A stretch of 64,000 bases of DNA from positions 1,488,001 to 1,552,000 of the forward strand of contig LSRY02000015.1 in the NCBI GenBank assembly GCA_001643675.2, given 5' to 3'. Position 1 is the first letter of the stretch; each line of letters opens with the position of its first letter. Source of the DNA: Monocercomonoides exilis PA203 (taxonomy: Eukaryota > Protista > Preaxostyla). The position numbers and the translations under genes are program-made. Positions 58,801 to 64,000 of this stretch are shown here, in pieces. Under the pieces are notes generated by a model that saw nothing but the letters and a program-made list of their open reading frames with translations, was not told the DNA's origin and ran no database searches.

Positions 58801-61800
58801 AGATGCTCCATTCGCCACTCCAAACAAAACACTATTTTCTGTCGAGCTCATATCCTCGGCACTCAAAGAAGCGAATGAACCAGCAGTATTGATTCCATCA
58901 AGAGAAATCAACGGACAATTCCCAATAACCAGAGACAATACATTCAACAATGAAACTGAAACCTCACCTGCTGTTGCTGACAAAAACACATAAGATAATG
59001 CTGATTGAGGATCTTGAAATGTCAGCGAGCAGCCATCAAGCGAAAATAACTGTGAGGTGGAATAGAAGAATGCTTCGTGGTTTGGAAGAGCAGATGGAAC
59101 AGAGAAAACAAGTGAACTCACATTCGTATTTGCACTGACCGTTGTCATGCTTCCGTCACTTCCATTCGGATCGTTGCTCACCTCCCATCCACTGTTTTCA
59201 TCTTTCCCCCTGATTGTGTGTTGGAAGGAGTTGAATATCAGCTCATTTTTCAGTTCAATCATCCCATCGACAACAATCTTCTTTTCACTTATTTGCCTTG
59301 TCAGAGAATGCTTCAGAGTCAGACAGGGAAACTCAGCGTATCCACAACGAGAATGATCAAATGCATCAACATTGCTCACAATAATCTCTTCTGGCAAAGG
59401 AATCAAATAAACACAAAGTGGAATCGGAATTGAATCATTTCCATTATCATACCCTTGTATCGTGCTCTTTGTGTCAAACGAAGCTGTCAACGAAGTGATT
59501 TTCCCACTTCTTGCTGTTGTTTCCAGATTGATTGAGTCAACAAAAATGTCACTTCCCCATTTGGCCCTGTTTCTTTCAAATCCTGATGAAATCTGAAACT
59601 CTGCATTTGTGTCTTTCACTTTCAGCCCAACCCCTCCTCCTCTCCCTTGAGTAGTCGAGGCATAACAGTTTCTCACAACACCTCCACTTACATTCAATGA
59701 ACCAACATTCCCTATTTCAATCATCATCCCTCCTCCAAACTCAGAGGCTTCACTCCCACACCCATCTATCGTGCATCCTTCAATAGTTATCGAATATGAC
59801 CCTTCACCCACACTCATCAGCGATGATCCTGCTGTTGTCCTCACAATTCTGTCGAAAGTGCAGTTATCCAGAGACAATGTTACAAGCGATCCCTGAGATA
59901 GAGATATCAAACTTGCTGTACTGAATGTTTGCCCCCATCTCACATCTTTCATCTTCAAACTTCCCCCTTCCATCTTCACAAGCGAGTTCTGAATGCTCCT
60001 CTCTTCTGAATGAGCAGAATCCATCGATATATTTGTTCTCTCCAAATTGATCCCTCCAGCCCCTTGAACCTCAAACAGTTTGCTTCTTCGATTATTTTCA
60101 AATGATGAATTGTGAACCACAGACAGATCGCTCGCACTCAATTCACCTGTTCCAACACAAAACAGACTCAGTCCATTTGATTCAAATTTGGTTTCAATGG
60201 CTGAGTCAGCTGGTGAAACTCCATTCACAGAGATTGTTTTCTCTCCAATATCAACTCCTTTTCCCTCCACAACTGTTCCACCCAACACCTTGATTTCCTC
60301 CACAAATCCAGAAATCATTTGAGTCAGACAATGACTGATAGTGAGGCATGCACAGCTTTCATTCAATCCGCAGCTGAATGTGTCTTTTGCATTTGACTGT
60401 GTTTGAACTGAAGCAACAAATCTTATTCTCCCTCCATTGTTAGGAAGCCAATTGCTTTTATCTCCACCTGCGTAATATCTCACTCCTTCTGATCGTGTCG
60501 AATAACAGAAGACAGTTAGGGATATTTGTCGCATTATCATAAACACAAATATCATTGCCACGAGGTGCAGTGTTGTTATGAAAAAAGCAAAACCATAAAA
60601 GGTTTTCACAAAAACCATTTGTTAGAATACTTACGGCCCCTCCATCAAAATCAGAATGGCAATTGTTGAATTGACAATTTTTTGTTATGACATAATCAAT
60701 TGCATCCCAATGAATGAATCCTCCACCGTTAGAATTAGTTTTATTGTGTCCGCTACAATTTATGAAAGAGCAATCCAAAACACAATCTTTGATTTTTGCT
60801 GTTTTTGATTCCCAAATACCTAACCCCCCTGTATCATCTCCTGACCACCCATCTTTGAACAAACAATTCGAGCAAAAAACTTGTTCACTTATTCCGGAAA
60901 GATCTGCTCCTGCTCCTCCATATCCAGGACTTTCTGAAAAGCAGAAACATTCAATGAATGTTGAATGCTTCATTGTGCATTCTGCAATTTTCAAAGCAAA
61001 TATTCCTCCACCTCTTGTTTCAGTTGCATTGCATTTCACAAATGATGAATTTTCAACTGTTAATGTTGCACTCGAATTGTCATGAACATACAGTGCTCCA
61101 CCGCATGGAGCAGAGCATTCTTTCCATTCAGCATTCTTATATATCTGTGTTTGAGTTGTTGAATTTCTTTCTGTGTTTCCCACTCTCCAATCCACCCTTT
61201 CGTTGTGAAGGAATGTGCAATTGTTGCAAGAAAATGCAATGGATTTTTCTGTTCCACTCACAATCCCTCCCTCCAAAACATTCATCGATCTTTCAACTTG
61301 ACAATCTTCCATTGAACTTGTTTCCATCATTGGCTCTTTTTCAACTGGTATTTCATCTGTCTCCATGAATTTCATTGAGATGTTAGAAAAAGCACAGTTT
61401 TTGATTCCTTCAAATGACCCTTCTCCATTTCTCAAAATGCTTCCACTCCCACAAAACACAATGTTCCTCCACTCACTGTTTCTCACAAGCAACGATGCAT
61501 CTTCTCCTTCCATCTTAACAAGACTTGTTATGAACTCACAATTATTGTCTCTTTTTTCTGTATTCAAAGTGGTGTTTATCATTTCGCATGTTCCTTCATT
61601 GAAGACAAAATGCCCATTGAAACCTCTTTTTCTCATCAACATGCAGTCATCAATGCGCAGGAGTGACTTTGCTTCAACATCAAATGCCATGTTATCATCT
61701 GCCTTTTCTAGCATTATTTCCTTCAATTCGACTGAAGAATTGTGTATTTCGCAGAATAGCTGAACAACACTCCCTTTCTCCAAAATATGACTTTCAGACT

Positions 61801-61954
61801 GAGTAGGAACATAATCAACGAGATGTCCATTCCTTTGTGAATCATTTCTATCAGTGCCACAAAATGTGAAACACAAGCACTCAGCCAAAATAAAAAGAAT
61901 CATATTCAAAAGATTCTTATGGGTCATTATTAACCATATTTTTATTAAATACAA
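52867..61954 (-). CDS. Giant single-pass receptor-like protein, paralog C, split by one frameshift near 60508 (possible pseudogene or assembly error)
   Basis: ORF 60458-61954 (signal peptide and N-terminal beta-helix region) overlaps ORF 52867-60618 (five CG....C modules, TM, degenerate kinase) in a different frame. Near-identical to A over much of the ectodomain. Confidence 0.85.
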
Positions 61955-62114
61955 TAATAATTTCGAATTATGAAAAATAGTGATAATTCCTGTCTTTCTT
62001 TCATTTGCTTAATCGATGGTCATTCATATTGCTTTGCCTTTCAGTTGTTATTCTATTCTGTTTTAAAAGATTAATTTTTTCTTTTTCATCACTCAAAAAT
62101 TTATTTGATTTTAT

Positions 62115-64000
62115 TTTATTCTGTATGAATGAGGAATATCAACCTCTTGAGGGCATTTCCAACAATATATTCCTTATGGAGGAATTTCCAATCAATGAAA
62201 AGAAGAATAGCTATCAAAAGAAATATTTTCATTTGAAATATTTACACCAAAAATTATTCAACATCGAAAAACTTTAATTCAAAATCGAAAAAGTTTAAAA
62301 CAACATCGAAAAACTTTAATTCAACATCGAAAATTATTATTCAAAATCGAAAAAGTTTAATTCAAGATCGAAAATTATTATTCGAAATCGGAAAACTTTA
62401 ATTCGAAATCGAAAAAGTTTAATTCGAAATCGAAAATATTTAATTCAACATCGAAAATTCATAATCATCAAAAAATTTGAAAAAATTTAAAAATTCATGC
62501 TCATGTCAGTTTCATCTTTTTCAGTAAGTGATCTGAGAAATTTGTCAATTTCAATAAGAAAAATATTTTTTTATGTTTTTTGGTGTTTGATTGTGTGAAA
62601 TAGTGGAAATAGGATAAAACTGAATTATGATTAAACTCTTCACATGTATTCAGGAGACAATGAGGAATTTTTGAAAAAAATAAAAGTGATAGGATAGTTC
62701 ATGATCTTGTTTTGTGCACAAAAATACTTAAATCAATCTAATGCATTTGTTATGAAACGTTTGACATTCATTTGTTGAATATGAAACAGATAAAATGAAA
62801 CATTTTCAATTTTCAAAATGAGAAAAAGATCAACGGATATCAGTCGAAATTATCGAAAACCGTAGTTCAAAATAAAAGGAAAGTATTTCCAATAAATAAA
62901 CATTTGTTATGATTAACATTTGTATCAAAAAAATTTCCTTGGTTTTGACTTGAATTGAAATTTCGAACAAATTAACTTCTTTTTCGATTTTGAATTAAAC
63001 ATTTTCGATGTTGAATAAAATATTTTCGATTTCGAATTAAACTTTTTCGATTTTGAATTAAAGTTTTTCGATCTTGAATAATTTTTGGTGTAAAAAAATG
63101 AAATTGGAAAAGAAAGTGAATAAAATTTTTACAAACTTCAAATGTTCAAAGAGAGGTCTTTATTCGTTTGATAGGTGCATTCAATTTTCATCAATGATTT
63201 CATTATTTCAAAACTATCCGTTTCGAAACTTTATTTCGACATCCTTTAAAAGAATTTTTTTCCTCTTTTCTTTCTTCCTTTTCAATCATTTCTTCATTCG
63301 CTATTTCTGAATCTTCATAATTTCTTCCAAACTGTTTTGTGGAGTCAATTTTTCTCTTCTCACTTTTTCCTAATTCTTTCATCGCTCATGCTTCATCTTC
63401 AAAGCATTCAATATTTCAAAAAATACTTCCATATCATCATTGGTGATCATCCCAGTTCAGCGCAAATCTTTCATTTTAATGCGTATTCTTCCAATCCTCC
63501 TTCATGATTTTTTATTTTTGATTGTTTTGTAATATCCAGGAAAACATTTCATTCCGAGCTTTCGTTTGTTTCTTCGCAAAATAATCCTTGCTTATCAATG
63601 AATCTTTCGGGGAAAAATGAAGTGGCCAACAGCATTGATTCAAATTCTTCATCACTTTTCCTGAAAGTCAAATGTCTCTTGATTCTTTAAGTGACAACTT
63701 CAAAGCTTTTCATAAAAAACGATGGAAAGATGAATATATGAATCAAGGAAGAAAATCAATGAAAACCTTCAAATTTGTTAATATAGCCATTGTTGCCAAT
63801 TAGTAATGAGCTTTTCATTCAGTTTTTGAGTCAAAGGCATCGTTTGTCATTGCATCCCCTTTTTGCAAGCGAACTTTTTCCATGGATGCAAATCATCATT
63901 GAAAAGACACTTGAGTCAGAAAATTAATACATTTCATCTTCAAAGAGCTTTGGGTCAAACTCAACAAACGTTTTTTGTTCAAAAATACTCCATAAAATTG
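62115..64000 (-). pseudogene. Decayed multi-exon gene running off the window end; the transposon lies in one apparent intron
   Basis: Protein-like frames with frequent stops (e.g. KILLKDVEIKFRNG*F*NNEIIDEN*MHLSNE*RPLFEHL). A GTTTGT donor near 63136 and an AG acceptor near 62212 flank the element. Confidence 0.5.
62245..63090. mobile_element. Non-autonomous DNA transposon (MITE/foldback-like), 846 bp, TA target-site duplication
   Basis: TA|CACCAAAAATTATTCAA...TTGAATAATTTTTGGTG|TA. The long TIRs consist of 20-21-bp ATCGAAAA-containing units (~10 left, ~5 right). No internal ORF. Confidence 0.88.

Noticed and set aside
60510-60618. Hydrophobic N-terminus of the 2583-aa ORF as an independent signal peptide
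   Set aside because: It overlaps the upstream ORF, which carries the family motif here (FCFFHNN.A..GND, compare B FLFFHDC...GHD), so it is probably out-of-frame text.
62250-62460. CRISPR array
   Set aside because: Contiguous tandem units without unique spacers, mirrored as an inverted arm, in a eukaryotic context with no cas genes.

Overview
Eukaryotic, AT-rich genomic DNA with short GT-AG introns and the standard genetic code. Gene content and style fit an oxymonad (Monocercomonoides-like) protist; this is inference, no search was run. Recognisable genes: NEMF/Rqc2, a Rac/Rho GTPase, katanin p60, SNW1/SKIP, a giant SAC9-like phosphoinositide phosphatase and a probable divergent Vps37 that the ORF track largely misses. 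Three uncharacterised multi-exon genes are also present. Three giant intronless paralogous receptor-like genes (A 1-5599, B 20469-28562, C 52867-61954) each have a repeated Cys-rich beta-helix-like ectodomain, one TM helix and a degenerate kinase domain. They are patchwork mosaics of each other, and C carries a single frameshift. Non-coding features include an 846-bp TA-flanked foldback/MITE-like transposon, a cluster of long hairpins, very short head-to-head promoters (one with a symmetric 13-bp motif) and two stop-riddled pseudogenes. No rRNA, tRNA or CRISPR array was recognised. All alignments and splice models were made by eye.
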